Sequence record: DRR723986_4811
Length of the DNA stretch: 64,000 nt
Direction: 5' to 3' (one strand)
The translations under genes were made by a program, and so were the position numbers. The notes under the pieces are model-generated. The model was not told the origin of the DNA. It worked only from the letters and a program-made list of their open reading frames with translations, and did no database searches. How positions within the stretch are numbered: the first letter of the stretch is position 1; each line of letters opens with the position of its first letter. Positions 1-10,475 of the stretch are shown piece after piece.

Positions 1-2
1 AA

Positions 3-455
3 GTAACTCCGATTACTCCCGCTGGTGGCGCAAAGCCAGTGGAGGCGACTCCTGCACCTGAGATCAAGCCGCCAGCACCCGTTGCTGTTACTTTGGGTTT
101 TATTTGGCCGCATCCAGGTGAAATTATTCAAGGCTACAAAGCGGGCGTCAACAAGGGCATTGACCTTGCTGCCAAGGTAGGTGACCCCGTGGTGGCCTCT
201 CAGGCGGGGCGTGTTGTGTATTCAGGCAACGCGCTGCGCGGTTACGGTAATTTGATCATTCTGAAACATGACAATAATTTGTTGACCGCCTATGCGCACA
301 ATAAAACCTTGTTGGTAAAAGAGGGTGAGCCCGTGACCAAGGGTCAGAAAATTGCGGAAGCAGGGCAGTCTGATACGGATCGCCCCAAGCTGCATTTTGA
401 AGTGCGCAAGCAGGGTAAACCTGTTGACCCGATGGATTACCTCCCGGCCCGTTAA
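3..455 (+). CDS. nlpD: M23 peptidase-domain lipoprotein NlpD, C-terminal part (5' end outside window)
   Basis: Pro/Ala linker then M23 domain (NKGIDL, GYGNLIILKH, TAYAHN, LHFEVR); frame open back to window start. Confidence 0.9.
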   Translation, partial: VTPITPAGGAKPVEATPAPEIKPPAPVAVTLGFIWPHPGEIIQGYKAGVNKGIDLAAKVGDPVVASQAGRVVYSGNALRGYGNLIILKHDNNLLTAYAHNKTLLVKEGEPVTKGQKIAEAGQSDTDRPKLHFEVRKQGKPVDPMDYLPAR

Positions 456-473
456 TTATTATTGAATGTAGCC

Positions 474-1847
474 ATGGGCCGCAAAAAGAAAAAAGAACGA
501 ACGCCTGTGGTGTTTCCACAGGTGCAAGTTGCCATTGAATCAATCGACCTGGATGCCAATGGCATTGGCCATGTGGATGGCAAAGTGCACTTCATCGATG
601 GTGCAATCACTGGTGAAACCGTAGTTGCCGAAATTACGCGAGTAAAGCCAAGCTATTCGAAAGGCAGAACTCTGCAGGTGCTCAACACGGTATCGACTCG
701 TACCACGCCCAAGTGTCCGCATTATGGCGTGTGTGGCGGGTGCGCCATGCAACACATTGAGCCCAACGCCCAGGTGGCCATTAAAAACCGTGCACTTGAA
801 GACCTTTTGCAGCGAATTGGTCGCCAAACTCCCGAGCAGATGATGCCCCCCATCTATGGCTCATTTTGGGGTTATCGACACCGCGCCCGCCTAAGCACCC
901 GCTTTGTGATCAAGAAGGAGCGATTCTTTGTAGGATTTCACGAGAAAGCGTCTTCTTATGTGGCAGACATGCAGGAGTGTCACGTGCTGCCCAAGCATGT
1001 GTCCGACATGATTGTGCCTCTGGGTAATATGCTGGTTACGTTGAGCATTTTCATGCGTGTTCCTCAAATTGAACTGGCTGTGGGCGACGGAGTGACTGCG
1101 ATGGTGCTACGCCACCTGGAGCCCCTGAGTGAATCAGACCTGGATACGATTCGATCCTTTGGCCGAGAGTGGGGTGTTGACTGGTGGCTGCAACCCGGTG
1201 GCCCCGCCACTGCTCATCGTCTTGAGGCTGACAAGCCAGTAGACCTCACTTATCGCATCCCCAGTTTCGGTATCCGCATGCGATTCCGGCCCACTGATTT
1301 CACGCAGGTGAATCACATGATCAACGACGCCATGATTAGCCGTGCGGTGTCATTGCTCGATTTAAAGCCCGAAGACCGCGTGCTTGACTTGTTTTGCGGT
1401 TTGGGCAACTTCTCCTTGCCTTTGGCCACGAAAAGCAGCTATGTGAAGGGTTTTGAAGGTTCGCAAGACCTGGTGGACCGGGCTGGTGAAAATGCCGAAT
1501 TCAACGGCCTGGCCGACAAAACCGAATTTCATGTACGCAATCTGTTCGAGGTGGAAACACCGGAATGGGAAAGTTGGGGGCAATACGACAAAGTTTTGGT
1601 CGATCCTCCGCGTGACGGAGCCTTGGAAATTTGTAAGGCCATTGTTGGTGCGCGTGCCGAGTTTCAGCCCAAGCGGATTGTTTATGTCAGTTGTAATCCG
1701 GGGACCCTGGCCCGAGATACGGCAGTGCTTTGCAATGTGGGCTCTTACAAGTTGATGAAGGCGGGGGTAGTCAATATGTTCCCGCACACGTCGCATGTTG
1801 AGTCGATTGCCGTGTTTGAAAGAGTGGCGTATAGCGACTATTCCTGA
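474..1847 (+). CDS. rlmD: 23S rRNA (uracil-1939-C5)-methyltransferase
   Basis: TRAM domain, CPHYGVCGGC Fe-S motif, DLFCGLGNF SAM motif, DPPR, YVSCNP, MFPHTSHVE; ATG at 474. Confidence 0.95.
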   Translation: MGRKKKKERTPVVFPQVQVAIESIDLDANGIGHVDGKVHFIDGAITGETVVAEITRVKPSYSKGRTLQVLNTVSTRTTPKCPHYGVCGGCAMQHIEPNAQVAIKNRALEDLLQRIGRQTPEQMMPPIYGSFWGYRHRARLSTRFVIKKERFFVGFHEKASSYVADMQECHVLPKHVSDMIVPLGNMLVTLSIFMRVPQIELAVGDGVTAMVLRHLEPLSESDLDTIRSFGREWGVDWWLQPGGPATAHRLEADKPVDLTYRIPSFGIRMRFRPTDFTQVNHMINDAMISRAVSLLDLKPEDRVLDLFCGLGNFSLPLATKSSYVKGFEGSQDLVDRAGENAEFNGLADKTEFHVRNLFEVETPEWESWGQYDKVLVDPPRDGALEICKAIVGARAEFQPKRIVYVSCNPGTLARDTAVLCNVGSYKLMKAGVVNMFPHTSHVESIAVFERVAYSDYS

Positions 1848-1877
1848 CCATGGCGTACATAATTCAACTGCGCAAAT

Positions 1878-1962
1878 AACAAACGGGGCCGTTGCGGCCC
1901 CGTTTTCGTTGGTGCGTTTGCCTCACCAACTCGGCGGTCAGTATAGATACCGACCCACTGAA
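1878..1962 (-). ncRNA. Candidate small RNA (three consecutive hairpins)
   Basis: Minus strand: GGUCGGUA-UCUA-UACUGACC, GUUGGUG-N9-CACCAAC, then the terminator; a G-U pair favours the minus strand; TATAAA just upstream. Confidence 0.45.
1881..1905. terminator. Bidirectional intrinsic terminator
   Basis: AAACGGGGCCG-TTG-CGGCCCCGTTT perfect inverted repeat between convergent units. Confidence 0.85.
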
Positions 1963-2077
1963 ACTTTATATTGCGCTTCTGGAATTTACTTTGCAACAAC
2001 TTTCGATGTTGCAAAGTGTCAAAAAACTTCTTTGAAATCAGTTACTTTCAGGTAACTTAATCCCATCAGGCGCTTGT

Positions 2078-2782
2078 TTACTCGCGACTGCCACCAGCAA
2101 ACACCATGAGCAGTTGCAGCAAGTTCACGAACAGATTGTACAAACTCAGGTAAATGCTCAAGGCGGCGGAAATGTAGTTAGTTTCACCGCCGCGCATGAC
2201 ACGTTGCAGGTCGTACAAAATGAACAGCGAGAACAAGCCCACGCAAATGGTGGAAATGGTCAGTGACAGGGCTGGCATTTGCAGGAAAATGTTGGCTACG
2301 GAAGCCACAATTACCATGACCAAACCGATCAGCAGGCCCTTGCCCATGTTGGTGAAATCACGCTTGGTCACCGCAGCGTAGCTGGCCAGCCCAAAGAAAA
2401 TACCGGCTGTGCCCAGCGCTGCCATCATGATGATGGAGCCACCATTGGACAGGCTAAGTGCGACCGACAAAATGCCGGAAAGCATCAAGCCCATAAAGAA
2501 GGTAAAGCCCAACATGAGCACAACACCGAACGAATTATTTCGGTTGCGTTGAATGCCCCAGATGAAGCCGAACATGGCGGCAAGCATCACGACGAAGGAA
2601 AGAATGGGGCTACCGGCGAACAAACGGAAGAAGCCGAATTGAATGCCCGCAAACGCGCCCAAGGCTGTCGGGATCATCGACAGGGCCAACAAGAAGTATG
2701 TGTTTCGCAGAACCCGGTTGGTTTCTACGGTAGATACACCACCAGCTGTACGGCCAAATTGTGCAGTTCTGAATTCAGACAT
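2078..2782 (-). CDS. yccA: Bax inhibitor-1/YccA family membrane protein
   Basis: About 7 hydrophobic helices; VLRNTYFLL, LYDLQR..GGETNYI motifs. Confidence 0.9.
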   Translation of the reverse strand: MSEFRTAQFGRTAGGVSTVETNRVLRNTYFLLALSMIPTALGAFAGIQFGFFRLFAGSPILSFVVMLAAMFGFIWGIQRNRNNSFGVVLMLGFTFFMGLMLSGILSVALSLSNGGSIIMMAALGTAGIFFGLASYAAVTKRDFTNMGKGLLIGLVMVIVASVANIFLQMPALSLTISTICVGLFSLFILYDLQRVMRGGETNYISAALSIYLSLYNLFVNLLQLLMVFAGGSRE

Positions 2783-2900
2783 GTTTACTCGCTCCTTTGT
2801 AAAACGCGAATTTGTATGGATTTAGAGTAATGGTAATGGCGAAAAGTTTCAATTCAAGACGTGGGTCAGTCCCGTGATTGGGTTTTTTATATAAACAAGC

Positions 2901-2906
2901 TATAAT
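2901..2906 (+). promoter_or_regulatory. Sigma70 -10 element for ndk operon
   Basis: Perfect TATAAT followed by GC-rich CGCGGG, about 50 nt upstream of ndk. Confidence 0.55.
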
Positions 2907-2954
2907 CGCGGGTTAATTTTCACGCTTTTCTAATCTTTTCGGAGTGGTTACACC

Positions 2955-3380
2955 ATGGCAATCGAGCGCACCCTGTCCATCATCAAGCCTGATGCTGTTG
3001 CAAAAAATGTAATTGGTCAAATTTACAGCCGCTTTGAAGCCGCTGGCCTGAAAGTAGTGGCCGCACGCATGGCTCACCTGTCACGCGCTGAAGCTGAAGG
3101 CTTTTACGCAGTGCACAAGGCACGTCCTTTCTTCAACGACCTGGTTGAGTTCATGATTTCTGGCCCAGTGATGATTCAAGCCCTGGAAGGCGAGAACGCA
3201 ATCGCCAAGAACCGTGAATTGATGGGTGCTACAAACCCCAAGGAAGCCGCGGCCGGTACCATTCGCGCCGACTTTGCCGAAAGTATTGACGCCAACGCGG
3301 TTCATGGCTCGGATGCCCCTGAAACAGCTGCGAACGAAATCGCTTATTTCTTCCCAGCGTCACAAGTATTTTCACGCTAA
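2955..3380 (+). CDS. ndk: Nucleoside diphosphate kinase
   Basis: [12 protein letters not shown] start, NAVHGSD active site. Confidence 0.98.
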   Translation: MAIERTLSIIKPDAVAKNVIGQIYSRFEAAGLKVVAARMAHLSRAEAEGFYAVHKARPFFNDLVEFMISGPVMIQALEGENAIAKNRELMGATNPKEAAAGTIRADFAESIDANAVHGSDAPETAANEIAYFFPASQVFSR

Positions 3381-3403
3381 TCTAGTTCGATTGCGTTGAA
3401 TTC

Positions 3404-3433
3404 CGGGGGCGCACATGCGTCCCCGTTTGTTTT
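3404..3433 (+). terminator. Terminator-like hairpin after ndk
   Basis: CGGGGGCGCA-CA-TGCGTCCCCG followed by TTTGTTTT. Confidence 0.55.
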
Positions 3434-3446
3434 GAAAGGACACACC

Positions 3447-4586
3447 ATGAGTGCACAACTCGACAACTTGCTGGACTACTCGGTGCCCGAGCTGATTCAG
3501 TGGTGTGGCAATTTGGGTGAAAAACCATTCAGGGCCAAACAACTGGCCAAATGGATACATCAGTCAGGCATGGACAATTTTGATTCCATGACCGACCTCG
3601 CGAAGTCATTTCGCCAGAATTTGAGTAATCGTGCCTGTATCAAGGCTCCCAACATTATTTCCGACAATGTTTCCAAAGACGGCACGCGCAAGTGGCTCTT
3701 TGATGTTGGCAACGGCGATGCTGTTGAAACGGTGTTCATCCCCGAAGAGCGCCGCGGAACCCTGTGCGTCAGCTCGCAGGCTGGCTGCGCGGTCAATTGT
3801 CGTTTTTGCTCTACCGGCAAACAAGGTTTTTCCCGCAACCTGAGTACCGCTGAAATTGTGGCCCAGTTGTGGAAGGCCAATGTGTTGCTGCGCGAAGCGG
3901 GCGACCGTGTTTACGCTCAAGAGCGCCCTGTTACAAATGTGGTCATGATGGGCATGGGCGAGCCGCTGCTGAACTACGATGCCTTGGTCCCGGCTTTACA
4001 ATTAATGCTGGATGACACAGCTTACGGTCTTTCCCGCCGCAGGGTCACTGTGTCAACTTCAGGGGTTGTGCCCTTCATGGACAGGCTTTCGCAAGACTGC
4101 CCGGTGGCCTTGGCTGTTTCATTGCATGCCCCAAATGACGCATTGCGCGATCATCTCGTGCCGCTGAACAAAAAGTACCCGTTGCGCGAGTTGCTTGATG
4201 CCTGCCTGCGTTACCTGAAATTTGCGCCGCGTGATTTCATTACTTTTGAGTATGTGATGCTTGATGGGGTAAATGACAAGCCAGAGCATGCCCAACAATT
4301 GCTTGAAATCGCCAAAATTGTGCCTTGTAAATTCAACCTGATCCCGTTTAATCCATTCCCGGAGTCTGGTTTGCTCAAGTCAACCAGCCCGGCCATCAAA
4401 GCGTTTGTGGATATTCTTGGCACAGCTGGGGTAGTAACCACAGTTCGCAAAACCCGGGGGGATGACATTGATGCCGCCTGTGGGCAATTGGCTGGAGAAG
4501 TTCGGGATCGGACGAAAGTCAAAGAGCGACTGGTAAGCACAGTGTCCCTGGAAGAACTGAGGGGTTCCTCCAAACGCAGGGACTAG
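3447..4586 (+). CDS. rlmN: 23S rRNA/tRNA m2A radical SAM methyltransferase
   Basis: CAVNCRFC radical SAM motif, [18 protein letters not shown] at 3447 after AAAGGA. Confidence 0.97.
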   Translation: MSAQLDNLLDYSVPELIQWCGNLGEKPFRAKQLAKWIHQSGMDNFDSMTDLAKSFRQNLSNRACIKAPNIISDNVSKDGTRKWLFDVGNGDAVETVFIPEERRGTLCVSSQAGCAVNCRFCSTGKQGFSRNLSTAEIVAQLWKANVLLREAGDRVYAQERPVTNVVMMGMGEPLLNYDALVPALQLMLDDTAYGLSRRRVTVSTSGVVPFMDRLSQDCPVALAVSLHAPNDALRDHLVPLNKKYPLRELLDACLRYLKFAPRDFITFEYVMLDGVNDKPEHAQQLLEIAKIVPCKFNLIPFNPFPESGLLKSTSPAIKAFVDILGTAGVVTTVRKTRGDDIDAACGQLAGEVRDRTKVKERLVSTVSLEELRGSSKRRD

Positions 4587-4851
4587 GCGAACACCCTGCA
4601 TGCTTTGTCATACAATTAACGCATGATGATGTGTGTTGTAGCAGTAAGGGTGTATTGATTAAATTACAAAAATGATATTTTAGTCGCCAAACTTGTGGCG
4701 CTTTCTCAAAAAACTCCTCAACACATTGAATTTTCATAGAAATCGCTTGAATCTACCGGCTTGCTTCGATTATGCTGCAAAGGTGGTGGCGGTAAAGAAC
4801 TACAATTATTAATCGGGGCCGTTTGTGCCTGCCGACGCTTGGAAAGACCAA

Positions 4852-5961
4852 ATGAATGAAAATCGTGCCATGAGCAAAACTGAATCATCAGATGCCAGTG
4901 CAGGTCAGGATGTAAAACCGGAGCAAATCAGCAGCTCTGCCTCCGAAAAGCACCCCAATTTGACTCTGCTTGAGTCGGGGCAAAACCCCGGTGAAATTTT
5001 ACGCGCAGCGCGCGAAAAAGCGGGCTATTCCTTGAGTGACATCAGTGCTCAAACCAAAATCAACGAACGTCAGCTTGAGGCCATTGAAAGTGGTGATGTT
5101 GGGCGCCTACCGCCCGAGACCTTTGCAAAGGCTTTCATTAAAAGTTATTGCAAAGCCCTGAAGATGGACCCTGCACCGGTCATCATGTCCTTCGGGTTTT
5201 CCGAGGCCAGTGCCCAGGTCAAAGCCGCTCGTTCTGGCCAGGCCGAAAGTGGGCGATCCGAGCCGCTTGAGCCAAAAATGCCCAACAGTTCCAAGCGCTT
5301 GTCCACACTGAATTTTGATCGTAAAACAGGCAAGAAGTCATTGAGCTACGGCATCGTACTGGCAGCCGTGGTTGTGATGGCTGTCTTTTACATACCGGTA
5401 TTCATGTCGGGCCAAGAGGCCGAGGTGGTGGACGCCGAAGTGATTGAACCCAATGACGCACCGGTGGCCTCCACTTCGCCAGGTGCGGACAGCGCTGTGC
5501 AAGCCGATGGTTCTCTGCCGCTTGGGCTTGACGCACCCGCCGTCGCTGGTGACACCTCTGTTTTTCCTGCGCTCCAACAACCCGCTTTGCCTGAAGGGGA
5601 GGCGGCTCCTTCGGCGGGCACAACATCGAATACCACTGCTTCCTTGGGCGCGAACGCGATTGCTCCAGTGGCCGAACCTGCTGCACCTGTGGCACCTGCG
5701 GCCACCCCTCTGGCTGCCGGTGCCGAGGGTGTATTGCGGTTTAACTTCCAAGAGCAGTCCTGGGTGACCGTTCGCGACGCGAATGACAAGGTGCTGATTT
5801 CCCAACTGAATGACGGCGGCAGCAATCTGGAGGTCAAGGGGCAGGCTCCTTTCAAGTTGATCGTCGGTAACGCCAAGGCTGTGAGTGTGTTCAGCAACGG
5901 TAAGCCGGTTGACCTCACGTCGTCCATTCGTGGAGAAGTGGCTCGAATCACTGTTCAGTAA
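4852..5961 (+). CDS. rodZ: Cytoskeleton protein RodZ (HTH + TM + DUF4115)
   Basis: N-terminal HTH (GEILRAAREK...LEAIE), single TM, C-terminal SWVTVRDA...GNA domain; position before ispG; start uncertain. Confidence 0.9.
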   Translation: MNENRAMSKTESSDASAGQDVKPEQISSSASEKHPNLTLLESGQNPGEILRAAREKAGYSLSDISAQTKINERQLEAIESGDVGRLPPETFAKAFIKSYCKALKMDPAPVIMSFGFSEASAQVKAARSGQAESGRSEPLEPKMPNSSKRLSTLNFDRKTGKKSLSYGIVLAAVVVMAVFYIPVFMSGQEAEVVDAEVIEPNDAPVASTSPGADSAVQADGSLPLGLDAPAVAGDTSVFPALQQPALPEGEAAPSAGTTSNTTASLGANAIAPVAEPAAPVAPAATPLAAGAEGVLRFNFQEQSWVTVRDANDKVLISQLNDGGSNLEVKGQAPFKLIVGNAKAVSVFSNGKPVDLTSSIRGEVARITVQ

Positions 5962-6027
5962 AATCTGCGTGGGGGCTGTTCCAGCCCCCGCCTTTCAACA
6001 ACCTGTCTATCTCGCCAGAAGTTCATC

Positions 6028-7275
6028 GTGATTCCAAATACCCCCTTGAAGCGACACAAAACTCATCAAGTGGATGTCCGCTGGAAAGACCATGTTGTGT
6101 CCATCGGTGGCGGCGCACCTGTTTTGGTGCAGTCGATGACCAACACCGACACGGCCGACGCACTGAACACAGCATTGCAAATCAAGGCTCTCTATCTTGC
6201 TGGCAGCGAGATGGTTCGAATTACGGTGAACAACGATGCTTCTGCAGAAGCGGTGCCTTACATTCGCGAGCAGCTGGACAAAATGCGAATCCCTGTGCCA
6301 TTGGTGGGAGATTTTCATTACAACGGGCACTTGTTGCTCCAAAAATACCCGGATTGCGCAAAGGCCTTGTCGAAGTACCGAATCAATCCGGGCAATGTCG
6401 GTTCAGCCCGTTCGCGCGATGATAATTTTGCGGCGATGATTTCAATTGCTGCAGAACATGACAAGCCCGTCCGTATCGGCGTGAACTGGGGAAGCCTGGA
6501 CCAAAACCTGCTGGCTCGCATGATGGATGAGAACGGCAAGAAAGCCGATCCGATGCCAGCACAGCAACTGATGTACCAGGCATTGATTGAATCTGCCGTT
6601 AGCAGCGCGCACAAAGCGGTCGAGCTTGGTTTGCCAGCCAACAAAATTGTGTTGTCCTGCAAGGTGAGTCAGGTTCAAGACCTGATTGCGGTTTATCGGG
6701 AACTGGCGGGGCGAAGCGAATTTCCCTTGCATTTGGGTTTGACCGAAGCTGGCATGGGCACGAAAGGTATCGTGGCATCTACTGCTGCATTGTCGGTGCT
6801 GTTGCAAGAAGGCATTGGTGACACCATTCGTGTGTCGCTTACCCCCGAGCCCAATGGTGATCGGTGCAAGGAAGTGGTCGTTGGGCAAGAAATTTTGCAA
6901 TCTTTGGGCTTGCGTGCCTTTACACCGCAGGTCATCGCCTGCCCGGGGTGCGGCCGAACCACCAGTACAGTGTTTCAGGAACTGGCCGATCAAATTCAAA
7001 CCTATCTGCGCGATCAAATGCCGATCTGGAAAAACCAGTATGTGGGTGTTGAGGAAATGAAAGTGGCTGTAATGGGTTGCGTGGTCAATGGTCCGGGTGA
7101 AAGCAAGCACGCTGACATCGGCATTTCGCTGCCGGGCACCGGTGAGGCGCCCTCGGCACCCGTATTTTTGGATGGCAAGCGTACGGTGACACTGAAAGGC
7201 GAGAATATTGCTCAGGAATTTCAGGCAATTGTGCAGCGTTATGTGGAGCAAAGGTACGCTGGCGGCAACAAGTAG
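6028..7275 (+). CDS. ispG: HMBPP synthase
   Basis: [33 protein letters not shown]. Confidence 0.97.
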   Translation: MIPNTPLKRHKTHQVDVRWKDHVVSIGGGAPVLVQSMTNTDTADALNTALQIKALYLAGSEMVRITVNNDASAEAVPYIREQLDKMRIPVPLVGDFHYNGHLLLQKYPDCAKALSKYRINPGNVGSARSRDDNFAAMISIAAEHDKPVRIGVNWGSLDQNLLARMMDENGKKADPMPAQQLMYQALIESAVSSAHKAVELGLPANKIVLSCKVSQVQDLIAVYRELAGRSEFPLHLGLTEAGMGTKGIVASTAALSVLLQEGIGDTIRVSLTPEPNGDRCKEVVVGQEILQSLGLRAFTPQVIACPGCGRTTSTVFQELADQIQTYLRDQMPIWKNQYVGVEEMKVAVMGCVVNGPGESKHADIGISLPGTGEAPSAPVFLDGKRTVTLKGENIAQEFQAIVQRYVEQRYAGGNK

Positions 7276-7325
7276 CCCAAGAATAGGCGACAATACCGGG
7301 TTGAGAAATTAAGTTGAATGCGTCA

Positions 7326-8651
7326 ATGAGTCATCCTGAGTCGCCGGAACAATCCAAATCCAAAAAGCAACCCCGACTGCAATCCGTCAAGGGTATGAAC
7401 GATGTATTGCCCGTGGAGGGCATTCATTGGGAAAATCTCGAGGTCATGCTTCGAGAGTGGTTGACCTCATACGGTTACCGTTTGATCAAAACTCCGGTAC
7501 TGGAGCCCACATCGCTATTTCGCCGTGGTATTGGTGAGGTCACTGACATTGTCGAAAAAGAGATGTTCAGTTTCGTGGATCGCTTGAATGGTGACGAACT
7601 CACTTTGCGGCCGGAGTTTACCGCTGGTATTGCGCGCGCCACCATCCAACACAACCTGACTTATGCAGCGCCTCAGCGGGTGTACTCCATGGGGCCTGTG
7701 TTTCGCCACGAGCGCCCCCAGCGCGGGCGTTACAGGCAGTTTCATCAGCTCGATGTGGAAGCACTGGGTTTTGCCGGACCCGATATTGATGCGGAGTTGA
7801 TTGTGATGCTCTCGCGCCTGTGGCGTGAAATGGGCCTTGAAGATGTGCGTCTCGAAATCAACTGCCTCGGTGAAGCACCCGAAAGGCTGGCACACAGACA
7901 GGCACTGATTACGTATTTTGAAGCACACGCCGAGCTGCTGGATGAGGATGCCAAGCGCCGTTTGCATAGCAACCCTTTGCGGATTCTGGATACGAAAAAC
8001 CCCACCATGCAAGACATGGTCAATGGCGCACCGCGTTTGTCGGAATTTTTGGGAACGGAATCCCTGGCACATTATCAGGGCGTCAAACGCCTGCTTGACG
8101 ATGCGGGCGTGCGTTACATTGAAAACCCGCGTCTGGTTCGTGGTCTGGATTACTACAACCTCACTGTGTTCGAGTGGATTACTGATGCCTTGGGTACGCA
8201 GGGCACTATTTGTGGCGGTGGTCGCTACGATGGCTTGATTGAAATTCTGGGTGGCAAGCCCACGCCAGCCATCGGATTTGCAATTGGCCTGGAACGTTTG
8301 CTCGAGTTGTACCTCGAAGTAAATCAGCCCGATGACACGGCTGACCTGGATGTGTACGTGGTACATCAAGGTGAAGGAACGGCTCGCCGCGCTTTTACTT
8401 TGGCTGAAGAGTTGCGCGATGCGGGGTTCGCCGTGGTGCTTCATGCCGGTGGTGGTGGCTTCAAAAGCCAAATGAAGCGCGCAGATGTCAGCGGTGCTGC
8501 CGTGGCGGTTATTCTGGGCGAAAACGAATTAAATGCGGGCACTGCGGCAGTCAAACTGCTGCGTGGTGAAAGCAAGCAGCAGGAATTCAAACAAGAGGGA
8601 TTGGCCGAAGCCATTTTCGGTCTGCTTTACGGAGAAGGAGAGGAGTCTTGA
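7326..8651 (+). CDS. hisS: Histidine--tRNA ligase
   Basis: [37 protein letters not shown]. Confidence 0.98.
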   Translation: MSHPESPEQSKSKKQPRLQSVKGMNDVLPVEGIHWENLEVMLREWLTSYGYRLIKTPVLEPTSLFRRGIGEVTDIVEKEMFSFVDRLNGDELTLRPEFTAGIARATIQHNLTYAAPQRVYSMGPVFRHERPQRGRYRQFHQLDVEALGFAGPDIDAELIVMLSRLWREMGLEDVRLEINCLGEAPERLAHRQALITYFEAHAELLDEDAKRRLHSNPLRILDTKNPTMQDMVNGAPRLSEFLGTESLAHYQGVKRLLDDAGVRYIENPRLVRGLDYYNLTVFEWITDALGTQGTICGGGRYDGLIEILGGKPTPAIGFAIGLERLLELYLEVNQPDDTADLDVYVVHQGEGTARRAFTLAEELRDAGFAVVLHAGGGGFKSQMKRADVSGAAVAVILGENELNAGTAAVKLLRGESKQQEFKQEGLAEAIFGLLYGEGEES

Positions 8652-9292
8652 GTCGATACAGCCTTGAAGAACAAGAACAACTGGCCAGTTTGAAGGCATT
8701 CTGGTCCAAATACGGCAGTTTTATTCTGACCGTGTTGATTCTTGTGTTCGGTGCCTTTGCCTTGAACAATGGTTGGAAATGGTGGCAGGCACGCCAGTCC
8801 ACGGAAGCGGTTGTTGTCTACGAACGCTTGGAGGCTGCAACTCGCGAAGGAAACATCGAACTCGTGGGAGAAATCCAGAAAACTTTGTTGGAGGAGCATG
8901 CTGGCTCACCCTATGCACAACGCGGGGCGTTGATTGCTGCCAAGGCATTTTTTGACGAGGGCAAGCTGGATGAAGCGAAAGCCTCGTTGAAGTGGGCTTC
9001 TGAGGAAGCGAAGCTGGATGAGTATGTGGCAACTGCCCGTTTGATGTTGGCGGGCATTTTGATTGAGCAATCTGAGTTTGATGCGGCCAAGGCCGCTTTA
9101 AGCGAGAACTACCCCGGATTTGAAGGCCTGTTCCACGATCGGCTGGGTGATTTGGCCCTGGCACAAAAGGATGCGGCAACGGCACGCAAGGAATACGAGC
9201 TGGCCCTCTCTACCATTCAAGCTGACAGTCCGTGGAAGCAGGTCATCGAGCGCAAAATCAGTGCCTTGCCCAAGTTGGAGGCCAAACAATGA
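8648..9292 (+). CDS. yfgM: YfgM-family TPR membrane protein (ancillary SecYEG subunit)
   Basis: LEEQEQL..LKAFW..YG, TM segment, TPR-like helices; between hisS and bamB. Confidence 0.9.
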   Translation: MSRYSLEEQEQLASLKAFWSKYGSFILTVLILVFGAFALNNGWKWWQARQSTEAVVVYERLEAATREGNIELVGEIQKTLLEEHAGSPYAQRGALIAAKAFFDEGKLDEAKASLKWASEEAKLDEYVATARLMLAGILIEQSEFDAAKAALSENYPGFEGLFHDRLGDLALAQKDAATARKEYELALSTIQADSPWKQVIERKISALPKLEAKQ

Positions 9293-10467
9293 GACGTCCA
9301 ATGAAGCACGCGGTTAAAATTTCTTCTCTTGTTGCCACCCTGGCCTTGTTGGGCGGCTGCGCAGCCATCGGCTCGACCATCAGCAGCTTGAACCCTTTCG
9401 GCAGCAATGCTGTAAAGCCGGCTGAACTTCAGCCGTTTACACCCCAGTTGAAAATCGCCAACGCCTGGTCTGTGGATGTTGGCGACTCTGAACAAGGCAG
9501 TTTTACGCCTGTTTTACTCGACTCTACGGTGTATGCGGCGTCCGAAGAGGGCCAGTTGGTGGCCGTTGACAAGGCCACGGGCAAAACAAAGTGGAAAGTA
9601 AAAGTAGGTGCCAAGCTGAAAGCGGGTGTGGCCGCTACGCTTGACACGATTGCAGTGATCGACGTCAACAACAATCTGGTTGCGTTTGATGCCAACGGCA
9701 AACAAAAATGGCAAACCGGCGTAGGTGCTGATGTCAGTAGCGTGCCTGTGGGTGCCGCAGGCACTATTCTGGTCCGTGGTATCGACTTCTCCGTGATTGC
9801 CTATTCTGCATCGAACGGCGCGCAACGCTGGAAGTACACCCGCCAGTTGCCCCCGCTGACTCTAAGGGTCAATACTCCAGTCGATGTCAACAATGCCCGT
9901 GTTTATGCCGGTTTTCCAGGTGGTCGCCTGGTGGCTCTTGATTTGAGTGCTGGCACCGTTGTGTGGGAGGGCACATTGGCGACTCCAAGTGGAACCACAG
10001 AAATTGAGCGCATTACCGACGTAACCGGTACTCCGATATATAACTTCCGGGAAGTGTGTGCTGCTGCATTCCAAGGCAAGGTGGGTTGCTTGGACTCAGT
10101 CAGTGCCCGTCCAATCTGGACCACAGATTTTTCTGCGCCCAGTGGTGCCTCTGTTGACGATCGTTACATGATTGCCCCCAATGAGCTGGGCGATTTGTTT
10201 GCGTTTTCCCGCAGCGGCGGCAAGCAGGTTTGGAAAATCGAAAACTTCCAGCGTCGCCAGCCCACCACACCGACCGTGATTGGTCGCGCTGTCGCAGTGG
10301 GTGACTTCGAGGGTTATGTTCATTTCATTGATCGAGACACCGGCAAAACCATTGCGCGAACAAGAGTGGGTTCTACCTCTTTTGCCAGCCAGCCTGTGCC
10401 TGCTGAAACCGATGCCCTCATTGTGCAATCGCGTGGTGGCAGTGTGGCCCTGATATCCGTCCAGTAA
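9289..10467 (+). CDS. bamB: Outer membrane protein assembly lipoprotein BamB
   Basis: Lipobox LLGGC, PQQ-type beta-propeller repeats, TEIERITDV motif, synteny. Confidence 0.93.
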   Translation: MRRPMKHAVKISSLVATLALLGGCAAIGSTISSLNPFGSNAVKPAELQPFTPQLKIANAWSVDVGDSEQGSFTPVLLDSTVYAASEEGQLVAVDKATGKTKWKVKVGAKLKAGVAATLDTIAVIDVNNNLVAFDANGKQKWQTGVGADVSSVPVGAAGTILVRGIDFSVIAYSASNGAQRWKYTRQLPPLTLRVNTPVDVNNARVYAGFPGGRLVALDLSAGTVVWEGTLATPSGTTEIERITDVTGTPIYNFREVCAAAFQGKVGCLDSVSARPIWTTDFSAPSGASVDDRYMIAPNELGDLFAFSRSGGKQVWKIENFQRRQPTTPTVIGRAVAVGDFEGYVHFIDRDTGKTIARTRVGSTSFASQPVPAETDALIVQSRGGSVALISVQ

Positions 10468-10475
10468 AGTAAAAC

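Noticed and set aside
1795-2055. 86-aa ORF across the rlmD-yccA spacer
   Set aside because: It starts out of frame inside rlmD, crosses a strong terminator and has no RBS or motif
2826-2858. Sigma32 promoter for yccA
   Set aside because: TTGAAA and CCAT-like elements exist on the minus strand, but spacing and -10 match are too poor to call
5967-5992. GC-rich hairpin after rodZ as a REP element or terminator
   Set aside because: I noticed only one copy in the window and it has no real U tract; probably an mRNA stability stem
6442-8471. Long antisense ORFs (6442-7293, 7515-8471; likewise 13936-14769, 22832-23830, 25489-26286, 44535-45682)
   Set aside because: They lie opposite well-conserved genes and have no recognisable motifs; they are typical shadow ORFs
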